From positions 5,880-69,879 of the forward strand of contig CAYUHJ010000009.1 of assembly GCA_964444365.1 (NCBI GenBank): a stretch of DNA of 64,000 bases, read 5' to 3'. Of the stretch, positions 27,041-36,247 are shown piece after piece. Position numbers and translations under genes: made by a program. The notes beneath the pieces were generated by a model. That model saw nothing but the letters and a program-made list of their open reading frames with translations, did no database searches and had not been told where the DNA came from. The first letter of the stretch is position 1. Each line of letters begins with the position of its first letter. Source of the stretch: an uncultured Alcaligenaceae bacterium (GTDB lineage Bacteria > Planctomycetota > Planctomycetia > Gemmatales > Gemmataceae).

Positions 27041-29098
27041 ATGCGAACCGCCCTCGCGATCCTGCTCCTCGCCGGAGGCCCGGCCATGACCGCCCTGTCC
27101 GACGAAGGCATGTGGCTGCCCAACGACCCGCCGCGGGAGCTGCTGACAAAGAAGTACGACTTCGACCTGACGGACGCCTGGCTCGACCGGGCCACGCACG
27201 GGTCCGTCCGCTTCAACAACGGCGGGTCCGGCGGGTTCGTCTCCGCGGACGGGCTGATCGTCACGAACCACCACATCGCCGCGGATGCGTTGCAAAAGCT
27301 CTCCGGCCCTGGCAAAGACCTGTTCGCGGACGGGTTTGTCGCCAAGACGCGGGCGGACGAACTGAAATGCCCCGACCTGGAACTGAACGTGTTGCAGTCG
27401 ATCGAGGACGTGACCGCACGGGTGAACGCGGCCGTGAAGGACGGCATGAAACCGGCCGAGGCGTTCGCGGCCCGGCGGGCGGTCATGGGCGAGATCGAGA
27501 GCGAGTCGCTGAAAAAGACGGGGCTGCGGTCGGACATCGTCACGCTCTACAACGGCGGGGCGTACCACCTCTACCGCTACAAGAAGTACACCGACATCCG
27601 CCTCGTGTTCGCCCCGGAGGCGGGTATCGCGGCGTTCGGCGGGGACGTGGACAACTTCGAGTACCCCCGGCACGGGCTCGACGTGGCGTTCTTCCGGGCC
27701 TACGAGAAGGGCGAACCCGCGAAGGTGACTCACTTCTTCAAGTGGAGCGAAACCGGCCCGGCGGAGAACGACCTCGTCTTCGTCACCGGCCACCCCGGCA
27801 CGACGCAACGGCTGGAAACCCTCGCGAAATTGAAGCACCGCCGGGACGCGACGCTGCCGTACACGCTGTATCGGCTTCGCACCCTGGAAGCGGCCCTGAC
27901 GCAGTATTCCGAGGCCGACCCCGAGCAACGCCGCCAGGCCGCGACGGACCTGCACCGCGTCGCGAATGCGCGGAAGGCGTTCAGCGGGCAGCTGCAGGGG
28001 TTGCTCGACCCCAAGATTCTCGCGCAGAAGACCGACGGGGAGGACGCCATCGCCACCCGCCTCCAGGACGCGAAAGCCTACCGGGAGGCGGTCGACAAAG
28101 TGACGGCGGTGCAGAAAACGTTCCGCCCCTTCGAACGGGAGTACGCCCTGCTCGAACGCGGCGATGCGTTCTTCACGGATTTCCTGCCGATCGCCCGGCA
28201 CCTGGTGCGGCTCGGTGACGAACTCCCGAAGAAGTCCCCGGACCGGCTGCGGGAATACCGCGAATCGAACCTCGAATCGCTGAAATTCCAGCTCTTCAGC
28301 CCCGCGCCGATCTACCCGGACCTGGAGCGGGCCAAGCTCACCGCGTCGCTCACGTTCCTCGCCGAGAACCTGGGCGGCGAACACCCGCTGGTCGTGGCGG
28401 TCCTCGCCGGGAAGAACCCCGCCAACCGCGCCGCGGAACTGATCGCGGGGACCAAACTCGCGAACGTCGACGAACGCAAGAAGCTGTTCGACGGCGGCAA
28501 AACTGCCGTGGACGCCAGCACGGACACGATGATCGTGCTTGCCCGCACCGTCGACGCCGAAGCCCGAAAGCTCCGCAAACGCTACGAGGAAGAAGTCGAG
28601 GAACCCGAACGCCAGGCCTACGCCGAGATCGCGAAAGCCCGCTTCGCCGCCTTCGGCAAGACCATCGCCCCGGACGCGACATTCACCCTCCGCCTCGCGT
28701 TCGGCACCGCCAAGGGGTACGAAGTGGACGGTAAAACACTGCCGTTCCACACCACGTTCGGCAGCGCCTTCGAGAAGGCCACCAAGCTCGGCCACCGCGA
28801 CCCGTTCGACTTGCCAAAGCGGTGGAAAGACGGCAAGGACAAGCTCGACCTGACGACGCCGTTCGACTTCGTCAGCACGGCGGACACGATCGGCGGCAAC
28901 AGCGGCTCGCCGGTCCTCAACCGCGCCGGCGAACTCGTCGGCATCAACTTCGACCGCAACCGCCACGGCCTGGTGCGGAACTTCGTCTACACCGACGTGC
29001 AAGCCCGCCACATCGCCGTGCATTCGCGAGCGGTGTTGGAGGCGCTGCGAAAGCTGTACGACGCCGAACCGCTGGTGAAGGAACTGACCGGGAAGTGA
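27041..29098 (+). CDS. Peptidase family S46 (dipeptidyl-peptidase 7/11-like) with a signal peptide
   Basis: MRTALAILLLAGG..SDEGMWLP..., GGSGGFVSADGLIVTNHHIA (catalytic His region) and TIGGNSGSPVLNRAGELVGINFD (catalytic Ser). Confidence 0.85.
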   Translation: MRTALAILLLAGGPAMTALSDEGMWLPNDPPRELLTKKYDFDLTDAWLDRATHGSVRFNNGGSGGFVSADGLIVTNHHIAADALQKLSGPGKDLFADGFVAKTRADELKCPDLELNVLQSIEDVTARVNAAVKDGMKPAEAFAARRAVMGEIESESLKKTGLRSDIVTLYNGGAYHLYRYKKYTDIRLVFAPEAGIAAFGGDVDNFEYPRHGLDVAFFRAYEKGEPAKVTHFFKWSETGPAENDLVFVTGHPGTTQRLETLAKLKHRRDATLPYTLYRLRTLEAALTQYSEADPEQRRQAATDLHRVANARKAFSGQLQGLLDPKILAQKTDGEDAIATRLQDAKAYREAVDKVTAVQKTFRPFEREYALLERGDAFFTDFLPIARHLVRLGDELPKKSPDRLREYRESNLESLKFQLFSPAPIYPDLERAKLTASLTFLAENLGGEHPLVVAVLAGKNPANRAAELIAGTKLANVDERKKLFDGGKTAVDASTDTMIVLARTVDAEARKLRKRYEEEVEEPERQAYAEIAKARFAAFGKTIAPDATFTLRLAFGTAKGYEVDGKTLPFHTTFGSAFEKATKLGHRDPFDLPKRWKDGKDKLDLTTPFDFVSTADTIGGNSGSPVLNRAGELVGINFDRNRHGLVRNFVYTDVQARHIAVHSRAVLEALRKLYDAEPLVKELTGK

Positions 29099-29109
29099 GT
29101 GACACCCCC

Positions 29110-29643
29110 ATGTCACGGCTCTCGTTTCGCAGAGCACTGACGGCCTTCGTCGCGGTACTGGCCGTGGCATGGGCGGCGAACGTCGCTGTCGATTACGCCA
29201 TCGCGGAGCCGCCGAACTACAGCCAGATCGAACCGGGGTTGTACCTCGGCGGGTCGGTTCCGCGACCGCCGCGGGGGGTGACAGCGGTGCTGAACCTCTG
29301 CGAAGTCGAAGACCGGTACACGGCCGAGGTTCACTCCTGGCAACCGATCGCTGACGCTGCCCCCGCGCCCGACCTTGCATGGCTGCGTCGTCAGGTGGAC
29401 TTCGTCCGCGAGCACCGCACGGCGGGGCGGGCAATGTTCGTCCACTGCCACGCGGGGGTCAGTCGGAGTGCGATGGTCACGGCCGCATTCCTCATGGCCG
29501 ACCGCGGGCTGACGCGGGACGAGGCCCTGCGGCGTCTCCGCGAAGTTCGACCCCAGGTTCGCCCCAACCCGGCATTCATGGAACGGCTTACGGAATGGGA
29601 GAGGGAACTTCGCTCGGCCCCGTCGCGAGCCTGTCGAACTTGA
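29110..29643 (+). CDS. Membrane-anchored dual-specificity protein phosphatase
   Basis: The ATG at 29110 gives MSRLSFRRALTAFVAVLAVAWAA..., with the active-site loop VHCHAGVSRSAMVTAAFLM. It lies 11 nt after the S46 gene. Confidence 0.8.
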   Translation: MSRLSFRRALTAFVAVLAVAWAANVAVDYAIAEPPNYSQIEPGLYLGGSVPRPPRGVTAVLNLCEVEDRYTAEVHSWQPIADAAPAPDLAWLRRQVDFVREHRTAGRAMFVHCHAGVSRSAMVTAAFLMADRGLTRDEALRRLREVRPQVRPNPAFMERLTEWERELRSAPSRACRT

Positions 29644-29767
29644 CGATTCCGCTTCGAGACTTGCAACGGCCCGAACTTCGGGTAAACTTCGAATTGCCTC
29701 CCGGTCCGCTTCCGCGGACGACTGTTGATCACGCTGCCCCGCCTTCCCCGCCGACACGGGTTCCCCG

Positions 29768-32401
29768 ATGCGCCACCTCGCCTGGATCGTCACGGCCGTC
29801 GTGTTCGCTCCCACCGCATCCCGTGCGGCCGGGCCGGACGCGAAGGCGGTGGAATTCTTCGAGTCGAAGATTCGCCCGGTGCTGGTCGAGCAGTGCTACT
29901 CCTGCCACTCCGCGGACGCCGAGGGGAAGAAGAAACTCAAGGGGGGCTTGAAGCTCGACACCGCGGCGGCCGTCCTCAAGGGCGGCGACTCGGGGCCGGC
30001 CGTCGTGCCGGGGAAGCCGAAGGACAGTCTGCTCGTCAAGGCGCTGCACGCCAGCAACGACGTTTCGCTGATGCCGCCGAAGGGGAAGTTGGCCGCGAAC
30101 GTGATCGCCGACTTCGAGGCGTGGATCGCCACCGGGGCCGCCGACCCGCGGACCGACGGCGGGGCCACCGCGAAGGCGGGCATCGACATCGAAAAGGGCC
30201 GGCAACACTGGGCCTTCCAGCCGCCGAAGAAGGCGACTCCGCCCGCGAACGCCGGCAAGACTGACCTCGACAAGTTCGTCCTCGCGAAACTCGCCGAGAA
30301 GGGGCTGACCCCCGCGAAGCCCGCCGACAAGCGGACAATCCTGCGGCGCGTCTACTTCGACCTGATCGGGTTGCCGCCGACACCGGACGAGGTGGAAGCG
30401 TTCGAGAAGAACCCGTCGCCGACCGCCCTCGCGGACGTTGTGAATGAACTGCTCAAGTCACCCCGTTACGGCGAACGCTGGGCACGGCACTGGCTCGACG
30501 TGGCCCGGTACGCCGAGGACCAGGCCCACACGTTCGGCGTGAAGCCGTACTCGAACGCCTGGCAGTACCGCGACTGGGTCATCGCCGCCCTGAACGCGGA
30601 CACGCCCTACGACCAGTTCCTGAAGCTGCAACTCGCCGGCGACCTGATGCCGGAATCGGCCGGCGACCCGTTCACCCGCCTCGCCGGGCTAGGCCTGCTC
30701 GGGCTCGGGGCGCAGTATTACGGCGGCAACCCGACCGCCCGGGCCGACGAACTCGACGACAAACTCGACACCGTCACCCGCGGGATGCTCGGCGTCACGG
30801 TGGCGTGTGCCCGCTGCCACGACCACAAGTTCGACCCGATCCCGACCCGCGATTATTACTCCCTCGCCGGCATCTTCAACGGCGGCAAGATGGCGGAAGC
30901 CCCGCTCGCTCCCGAGGACATCGTCAAGAAGTACGACGACGCCCAGAAGAAGGTCAAGGAGCAGGACGACAAGGTGAAGGCGTGGCTGACCGAGAAGGCG
31001 AAGGCCGCCGGCGAGGCGGAGGTCGCCCGCACCGCGAAGTACCTGACGGCCGTTCGCAAGATGCGCGAGCCGGGGGCGAAACCGGACAAGATCGCCGCCG
31101 AGGAGCAGCTCGACCGGCGGTTCCTGGAGAAGTGGGCCAAGTTCCTCGACCCGAAGAACGCCCCGAAACTGCCGCCGATGATGAAGGCCCTCGCCGACGC
31201 CCCCGCGCAGGAAGTTCCGACGAAAGCGGGCGAGTTCCAGGCCGCGCTGGCATCCGCAATCGAGGCGGTGAAGAAGCCGAAGCCGCCGAAGGAGCAAGTC
31301 GAGTTGGTGAAGGCGATCCTTCAAGACCAGAACGGCCCGCTATTCGTGAAGCCGGAGGAAGTGGAAAAGGCACTGCCGAAGCCGGACTCGGAAACCCTCG
31401 CCGGGATGAAAAAGGAACTCGACGAGCGCAAGAAGGCGTCGCCGCCGATGTACCCCGTCGCGCACGTCATGAAGGGCGGCGGCACCGCGATGAAAGTCTT
31501 CGTCCGCGGCAACCCGGCCAAGCTCGGCGAGCCGGCCCCGAAGCGCTTCCTGCAAGTGCTCTCGCCCAGTGGTTCCGCCGACCCGAAGGAGTTCACCCGC
31601 CTCGACCTCGCGAACGCGATCGGCTCGAAGGACAACCCGCTGACGGCCCGCGTGATCGTGAACCGCGTCTGGGCGCAGCACTTCGGCCGGGGGATCGTCG
31701 GCACGCCGAGCAACTTTGGCAAGCTCGGCGATACGCCGACACACCCGGAACTGCTCGATTATCTCGCCGTGAAGTTCATGGAGAACGGCTGGTCGCTGAA
31801 GTGGCTGCACCGCGAGATTCTGCTGTCCGGCACCTACCAGATGGCGAGCGCCGGCGACGCGGCCAATGCCGAGAAAGATGGCGACAACGCCTACCTCTGG
31901 CGGCAGAACCGTCGCCGGCTGGAAGTCGAACCGTGGCGGGATTCGCTGCTCGCGGTGTCCGGCAAACTCGACCTTACGACCGGCGGGCCGACGACCGACC
32001 TCCGCAACTCTGGCAACGCCCGCCGCACCGTCTACGGCAAGATCAGCCGGCACGAACTCGACGGGTTGCTGCGGCTGTTCGACTTCCCCGACGCGAACGT
32101 GACCGCCGACAAGCGGACGCTGACGACGGTCCCCCAGCAGCAACTCTTCGCGATGAACAGCGAGTTCATGGTGACGCAAGCGAAGGCGTTCACCGCCCGC
32201 GTGGCGAAGCTCGGCAAGACCGAGGACGAGAAGATCGTCGCCGCGTACCGCCTCGCCTTCGGCCGCAAACCGAGCGACGAGGAAGTGTCCGTAGGCCGCC
32301 AATTCGTGGCGTTGCCGAACGACGCGAAGGACAAGCTGACGCGCTGGGAGCAGTATTCGCAAGTGCTCCTCGCGGCGAACGAGTTCCTGTACGTGGATTG
32401 A
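29768..32401 (+). CDS. Planctomycete cytochrome-c-domain protein with DUF1549 and DUF1553 (PSCyt/PSD family)
   Basis: Signal peptide. CYSCHS heme motif within FFESKIRPVLVEQCYSCHS. DUF1549-like: RRVYFDLIGLPPTPDEV...RYGERWARHWLDVARYAE. DUF1553-like: ACARCHDHKFDPI. C-terminal: NEFLYVD. Confidence 0.9.
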   Translation: MRHLAWIVTAVVFAPTASRAAGPDAKAVEFFESKIRPVLVEQCYSCHSADAEGKKKLKGGLKLDTAAAVLKGGDSGPAVVPGKPKDSLLVKALHASNDVSLMPPKGKLAANVIADFEAWIATGAADPRTDGGATAKAGIDIEKGRQHWAFQPPKKATPPANAGKTDLDKFVLAKLAEKGLTPAKPADKRTILRRVYFDLIGLPPTPDEVEAFEKNPSPTALADVVNELLKSPRYGERWARHWLDVARYAEDQAHTFGVKPYSNAWQYRDWVIAALNADTPYDQFLKLQLAGDLMPESAGDPFTRLAGLGLLGLGAQYYGGNPTARADELDDKLDTVTRGMLGVTVACARCHDHKFDPIPTRDYYSLAGIFNGGKMAEAPLAPEDIVKKYDDAQKKVKEQDDKVKAWLTEKAKAAGEAEVARTAKYLTAVRKMREPGAKPDKIAAEEQLDRRFLEKWAKFLDPKNAPKLPPMMKALADAPAQEVPTKAGEFQAALASAIEAVKKPKPPKEQVELVKAILQDQNGPLFVKPEEVEKALPKPDSETLAGMKKELDERKKASPPMYPVAHVMKGGGTAMKVFVRGNPAKLGEPAPKRFLQVLSPSGSADPKEFTRLDLANAIGSKDNPLTARVIVNRVWAQHFGRGIVGTPSNFGKLGDTPTHPELLDYLAVKFMENGWSLKWLHREILLSGTYQMASAGDAANAEKDGDNAYLWRQNRRRLEVEPWRDSLLAVSGKLDLTTGGPTTDLRNSGNARRTVYGKISRHELDGLLRLFDFPDANVTADKRTLTTVPQQQLFAMNSEFMVTQAKAFTARVAKLGKTEDEKIVAAYRLAFGRKPSDEEVSVGRQFVALPNDAKDKLTRWEQYSQVLLAANEFLYVD

Positions 32402-32418
32402 TGGAGTAAACTGGCACC

Positions 32419-32594
32419 ATGATCCGCATTACCTTCCCAACACCCGAAGCGAAGCGAGCCGCGCTCGGCAGCTTGCCGGGCGTTTCAGCTTCAAGAGTTT
32501 CGCCACCGGCGAAATGCTGGTGCCTGAAGAGGCGCTGGCATTTCTCGCCGTTGAGGGAGTTTCTTTCACCGTCGAGGGGCTAGTTGATTTGTAG
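32419..32594 (+). pseudogene. Small conserved-type ORF interrupted by a 1-nt frameshift near 32465-32470
   Basis: Frame A from the ATG at 32419 reads MIRITFPTPEAKRAALGS... and then turns to low-complexity text, stopping at 32581-32583. From about 32470 the other frame reads LAGRFSFKSFATGEMLVPEEALAFLAVEGVSFTVEGLVDL*, stopping at 32592-32594. Joined, the two parts resemble a small protein family I recall from cyanobacteria and planctomycetes (MIR.TF...ALG.LAGRFS...VPE.AL..L...G..F). Confidence 0.4.
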
Positions 32595-32625
32595 GTCGGG
32601 TCGAGCTTCGAGGCCCGACCTACAA
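32589..32625. repeat. 12-bp perfect-stem hairpin (ttgtaggtcggg / cccgacctacaa) with a 13-nt loop
   Basis: The arms 32589-32600 and 32614-32625 are exact reverse complements. The hairpin overlaps the stop of the frameshifted ORF and shares the core GGGTCGAGC with the hairpin at 60372-60467. Confidence 0.8.
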
Positions 32626-32660
32626 GAGTGAAAATTCGATCAATTATGTTGGGCTATGTC

Positions 32661-33209
32661 ATGCGAATCTTGGTCTACAAACGAACCCACAGTGGCGACC
32701 CAGACGCAAGAGGTTGCTTCGGCGCGTTTGATTGCATGGGTTCCGTGCGAAACCGAGCTTTTGAAGCGGTGATCGGTGTCGGTGGCCTTGGAGATGAAGC
32801 GATTTCCAACGACATCGCTGGTAAGGTAACTTGGATCGGAATCGGTCCACACAAACGCAACGTGAGTTCAAAACGCGGACCAGAAGTGTACTTCGATCAC
32901 TTTCTATATCTCGGCACAGCTGGCGAGGATTTTGCCACTGCGGCACCAACACTCGCTCATCGAATCTACACCAACAAAATTCGTCACATTATGGATGGAT
33001 TAAGTCCCGGCGAATCGGCTGAAGCATTGACGCTTGTCGAGACCGCTCGGAATGCTCCACCCTCGCCGGGACTAGAGCAACTCAAACGTCGACGGAAAGC
33101 AGTAGTTCATTGCGTACCGACCATCCGTTCGACAACAGGAATCAAACTCGCTCAACGTCGCAAACGCATTTGCCGCCCCGCGAAATCACTAGCCGGAGAT
33201 ATCACATGA
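32661..33209 (+). CDS. Hypothetical protein on a low-GC islet (MRILVYKRTHSGDPD... family, function unknown)
   Basis: ORF 32628..33209; the likely start is the ATG at 32661. Many A/T-ending codons (aaa, cga, att, tca) are atypical for this genome. Conserved-looking N-terminus: YKRTHSGDPDARGCFGAFDCMGSVRNRAFEAVIGVGGLG...TWIGIGPHK. The basic C-terminal tail may be read-through. The TGA overlaps the DUF1501 ATG (ATGA at 33206-33209). Confidence 0.5.
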   Translation: MRILVYKRTHSGDPDARGCFGAFDCMGSVRNRAFEAVIGVGGLGDEAISNDIAGKVTWIGIGPHKRNVSSKRGPEVYFDHFLYLGTAGEDFATAAPTLAHRIYTNKIRHIMDGLSPGESAEALTLVETARNAPPSPGLEQLKRRRKAVVHCVPTIRSTTGIKLAQRRKRICRPAKSLAGDIT

Positions 33210-34618
33210 CCCCCGCATTGCCGCTTGCTCTCGGCCCGAATGGGTTGCCGTTGAATCGCCGCGAGATGTTCCGCCGCGTCGGGGCGGGGCTCGGCAGCGT
33301 CGGGCTGGCGGGGGTGCTCGCGCAGGAAAGTCGCGCCGCGTCGGTGATCGCGAACCCGCTCGCGGAGAAGAAGTCGCACTTCGCGCCGAAGGCGAAGCAC
33401 GTCATTCACCTGTTCATGAACGGCGGGCCGTCGCAGGTCGACACGTTTGACCCGAAGCCGGAACTCGACAAGCAGCACGGCACCCGCCCGGCCGCGGCGA
33501 ACCTCAACACCGAACGCAAGACCGGCAACCTGTACCGGTCGCCGTTCAAGTTCAAGAAGTACGGCCAGTCCGGGATCGAAGTCTCCGAACTGTTCGACGG
33601 CGTCGGAAAGCACATTGACGACATCTGCGTCATCCGCTCGATGCACGCCGACGTGCCGAACCACGAGCCGTCGCTGCTTCTGATGACGTGCGGCAACAGC
33701 CAGCCGATCCGGCCGAGCATGGGGTCGTGGCTCTGCTACGGCCTCGGCACGGAGAACCAGTCGCTGCCGGGGTTCGTGGTGCTCTGCCCCGGCAAGCCGG
33801 TCGTCGGCCCGCAACTCTGGGCGAGTTCGTTCCTGCCCGGCATCTTTCAGGGCTGTCACATCCAGAACCTCGACCCGAAGCGCGTCGTCGAGCACATCAA
33901 CAACCAGTTCGTGTCGAAGGACACGCAACGCCAGCAACTCGACTTGCTTCAGAAGTTGAACGGAATGCACCGCGACGCCCGCCCGGCGGACGCCAACCTC
34001 GACGCGCGGATTCAGTCGCTCGAAGTCGCGTTCCGGATGCAGACGGAAGCCCAGGAAGCGTTCGACCTCAACCGCGAACCGCAGAAAATCCGCGAGGAAT
34101 ACGGCAAGGGCTACTTCGCCGATGCGTGCCTGTCCGCCCGCCGACTCGTCGAGCGCGGCGTTCGCACCGTCCAAGTTTTCTTTGGCGGCGGTCAACCCTG
34201 GGACGACCACGGCAACATCGAGGCCGGGCACCGCAACAAGGGGAAGGAAGCCGACAAGCCGATCGCGGCCCTCCTCGCGGACCTGAAGCGGACGGGGCTG
34301 CTCAAGGACACGCTCGTCGTCTGGGGCGGCGAGTTCGGCCGGACGCCGACTTCCGAAGGCGGCAACGGCCGGGACCACAACCACCTCGGGTTTACCGTCT
34401 GGATGGCCGGCGGCGGCGTGAAGGGTGGTATGGCTTACGGCAGCACCGACGACTTCGGCTTCGCCGCCGTGGACAAGAAGGTTCACGTCCACGACCTGCA
34501 CGCGACGATCCTGCACCTGATGGGCCTGGACCACGAGAAGTTGACGTACCGCTACAGCGGCCGCGACTTCCGCCTGACCGACGTCCACGGCCGGGTGCTG
34601 ACCGACATCATCGCGTGA
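33206..34618 (+). CDS. DUF1501 (sulfatase-like) protein with a twin-arginine signal
   Basis: The ATG at 33206 gives MTPALPLALGPNGLPLNRREMFRRVGAGLGSVGLAG...HLFMNGGPSQVDTFDPKP...WDDHGN...GEFGRTP...GRDHN. Confidence 0.9.
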   Translation: MTPALPLALGPNGLPLNRREMFRRVGAGLGSVGLAGVLAQESRAASVIANPLAEKKSHFAPKAKHVIHLFMNGGPSQVDTFDPKPELDKQHGTRPAAANLNTERKTGNLYRSPFKFKKYGQSGIEVSELFDGVGKHIDDICVIRSMHADVPNHEPSLLLMTCGNSQPIRPSMGSWLCYGLGTENQSLPGFVVLCPGKPVVGPQLWASSFLPGIFQGCHIQNLDPKRVVEHINNQFVSKDTQRQQLDLLQKLNGMHRDARPADANLDARIQSLEVAFRMQTEAQEAFDLNREPQKIREEYGKGYFADACLSARRLVERGVRTVQVFFGGGQPWDDHGNIEAGHRNKGKEADKPIAALLADLKRTGLLKDTLVVWGGEFGRTPTSEGGNGRDHNHLGFTVWMAGGGVKGGMAYGSTDDFGFAAVDKKVHVHDLHATILHLMGLDHEKLTYRYSGRDFRLTDVHGRVLTDIIA

Positions 34619-34631
34619 CGAGACCTCCCCG

Positions 34632-35138
34632 ATGCGAACCGCCCTGACCCTCGCCGCCCTCGTTTTGCCCGGGGGCGGCCTGTTCGCCTCGGACCCGTGC
34701 CTCTCGGCGAAGTCGCTGTTGCGGTCGACGCAGTGCGAACTCGAATCGCTCTACACCCGCTCCGAAATGGGCACCGCCCCGACCGGCACGACCCGCGGGA
34801 CCGCGATCTTTTCCCCCGGCACGCACAAGACGGTCCCCGTCTCGCGCATGATCCGCGTCCTGTGGCGCGGCAAAGAATTCCCCGACTGCGAGACGATGAT
34901 CAACCGCCTGCTCTGGGGCAAGGCGATCACCGCGAAGGTGTTCGTCGGCGAAAGCTGGTACGACGGCAAGCCGTCGCTGATTTTCGACTACGCCCCCACG
35001 TCCAAGCTCTTCGGCAACGCCCGCGACGAGGTCCGCGAGATCGCCCCCGGCCTCTGGCTCGGCCTGACGTACGTCCGGAAGAAGGACGGCCGCGTCGAAT
35101 TGACGAACTCCTTCGTGCTCGAAGCGACGTGCAAGTAA
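34632..35138 (+). CDS. Secreted hypothetical protein
   Basis: Signal-like MRTALTLAALVLPGGGLFA. Third positions are GC-rich. It follows the DUF1501 gene by 13 nt. I did not recognise a family with confidence. Confidence 0.55.
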   Translation: MRTALTLAALVLPGGGLFASDPCLSAKSLLRSTQCELESLYTRSEMGTAPTGTTRGTAIFSPGTHKTVPVSRMIRVLWRGKEFPDCETMINRLLWGKAITAKVFVGESWYDGKPSLIFDYAPTSKLFGNARDEVREIAPGLWLGLTYVRKKDGRVELTNSFVLEATCK

Positions 35139-35139
35139 A

Positions 35140-36204
35140 TCACCCGCCGAGGGTCACCGGCCGCCGTTCGCGGGACGAGGCGTAAATCGCCGTGAAGAGT
35201 TCGACCACGGCTCGACCGTCGGCCCCGGTCACGGCCGGCGGCCGGCCGGCGCGGATGGCCCCGAAAAAGTCTGCGAACTGTAGCGCGTGATAGTGGACCG
35301 TGCCGTCCACCTTCGCGAACCGCTCGGCGTCGTCGGTGCGGAATCTCGCGAGCAACTCTTCTTCGCCCGGCACCGTCCACACGTCGTTCAGCGGCGGCTC
35401 GGCGATGCCGGACATCCCCGCGATGAACGTCGCCCCGCGGTCCGTCTCGACGCCGACCGACGCCCCGTTCGTGCCGTGGACGTGGACCTTCGAGTAAATC
35501 CCCGGCTTCTGCGACACGGACGCGACGACCGACCCGAGTCCGCCGTTCCGGAATCGGATCGCGGCGACGGCGGTGTCCTCCACCTCCACCGCGGGGTGGT
35601 TGAGGTTCGCCCAGTAGCCGGTCACCTCCGCGGCCGGCCCCAGGAACCAGAGCAGCGTGTCGAGGTGGTGCGACGACTGGTTCGCGAGCACCCCGCCGCC
35701 CTCGGTGTCCCACCGGCCGCGCCACGGGTCGGACCGGTAGTAACTCGGGTCGCGCCACGAGTACATCTGAAACGTGCCGAGGCACGGGGTGCCGATCTTC
35801 CCGGCGTCGATCGCGTCTTTCACCCGGCGGACCGGCTCGAAGAACCGCCGCTGGCTGACCACGCCGAGGGTAACCCCGGACCGGGCGGCCGCGGCGAGCA
35901 TCGCGTCGCAGTCGGCCAGCGACGACGCCATCGGCTTCTCGGTGAGGACGTGAACCCCCGCCTCGGCGGCGACGATCGCGGGCTCGGCGTGCAGCGGGTG
36001 CGGCGTCCCGATGACGACGGCGTCGACTTCGCGGACCAGCGCGCGGACGTCGGTGAACGGTTGGACGCGAAACTTCGCGGCGAACGCTTCCGCCCGCGAC
36101 CGGTCGGCGTCGCACGCCCCGGCGAACGAAACGTCCGGCAGCGAGGCGAGCGCCGCCGCGTGGATCGTGCCGACTTTCCCGCACCCGACAATTCCGACCC
36201 GCAT
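35140..36204 (-). CDS. Gfo/Idh/MocA family NAD(P)-dependent oxidoreductase
   Basis: MRVGIVGCGKVGTIHAAALASLPDV... Rossmann N-terminus and the family-typical EKPMA motif. Confidence 0.85.
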   Translation of the reverse strand: MRVGIVGCGKVGTIHAAALASLPDVSFAGACDADRSRAEAFAAKFRVQPFTDVRALVREVDAVVIGTPHPLHAEPAIVAAEAGVHVLTEKPMASSLADCDAMLAAAARSGVTLGVVSQRRFFEPVRRVKDAIDAGKIGTPCLGTFQMYSWRDPSYYRSDPWRGRWDTEGGGVLANQSSHHLDTLLWFLGPAAEVTGYWANLNHPAVEVEDTAVAAIRFRNGGLGSVVASVSQKPGIYSKVHVHGTNGASVGVETDRGATFIAGMSGIAEPPLNDVWTVPGEEELLARFRTDDAERFAKVDGTVHYHALQFADFFGAIRAGRPPAVTGADGRAVVELFTAIYASSRERRPVTLGG

Positions 36205-36247
36205 GGCGGCCTCCGAAACGGCGTGAGATCCGAGCAGTTCCGTCCGG

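Noticed and set aside
32419-32583. Reading the 54-aa frame-A ORF as an intact small gene.
   Set aside because: Its C-terminal two-thirds (VSASRVSPPAKCWCLKRRWHFSPLREFLSPSRG) looks like off-frame text, whereas the alternative frame gives a protein-like continuation. I treated it as a frameshifted gene instead.
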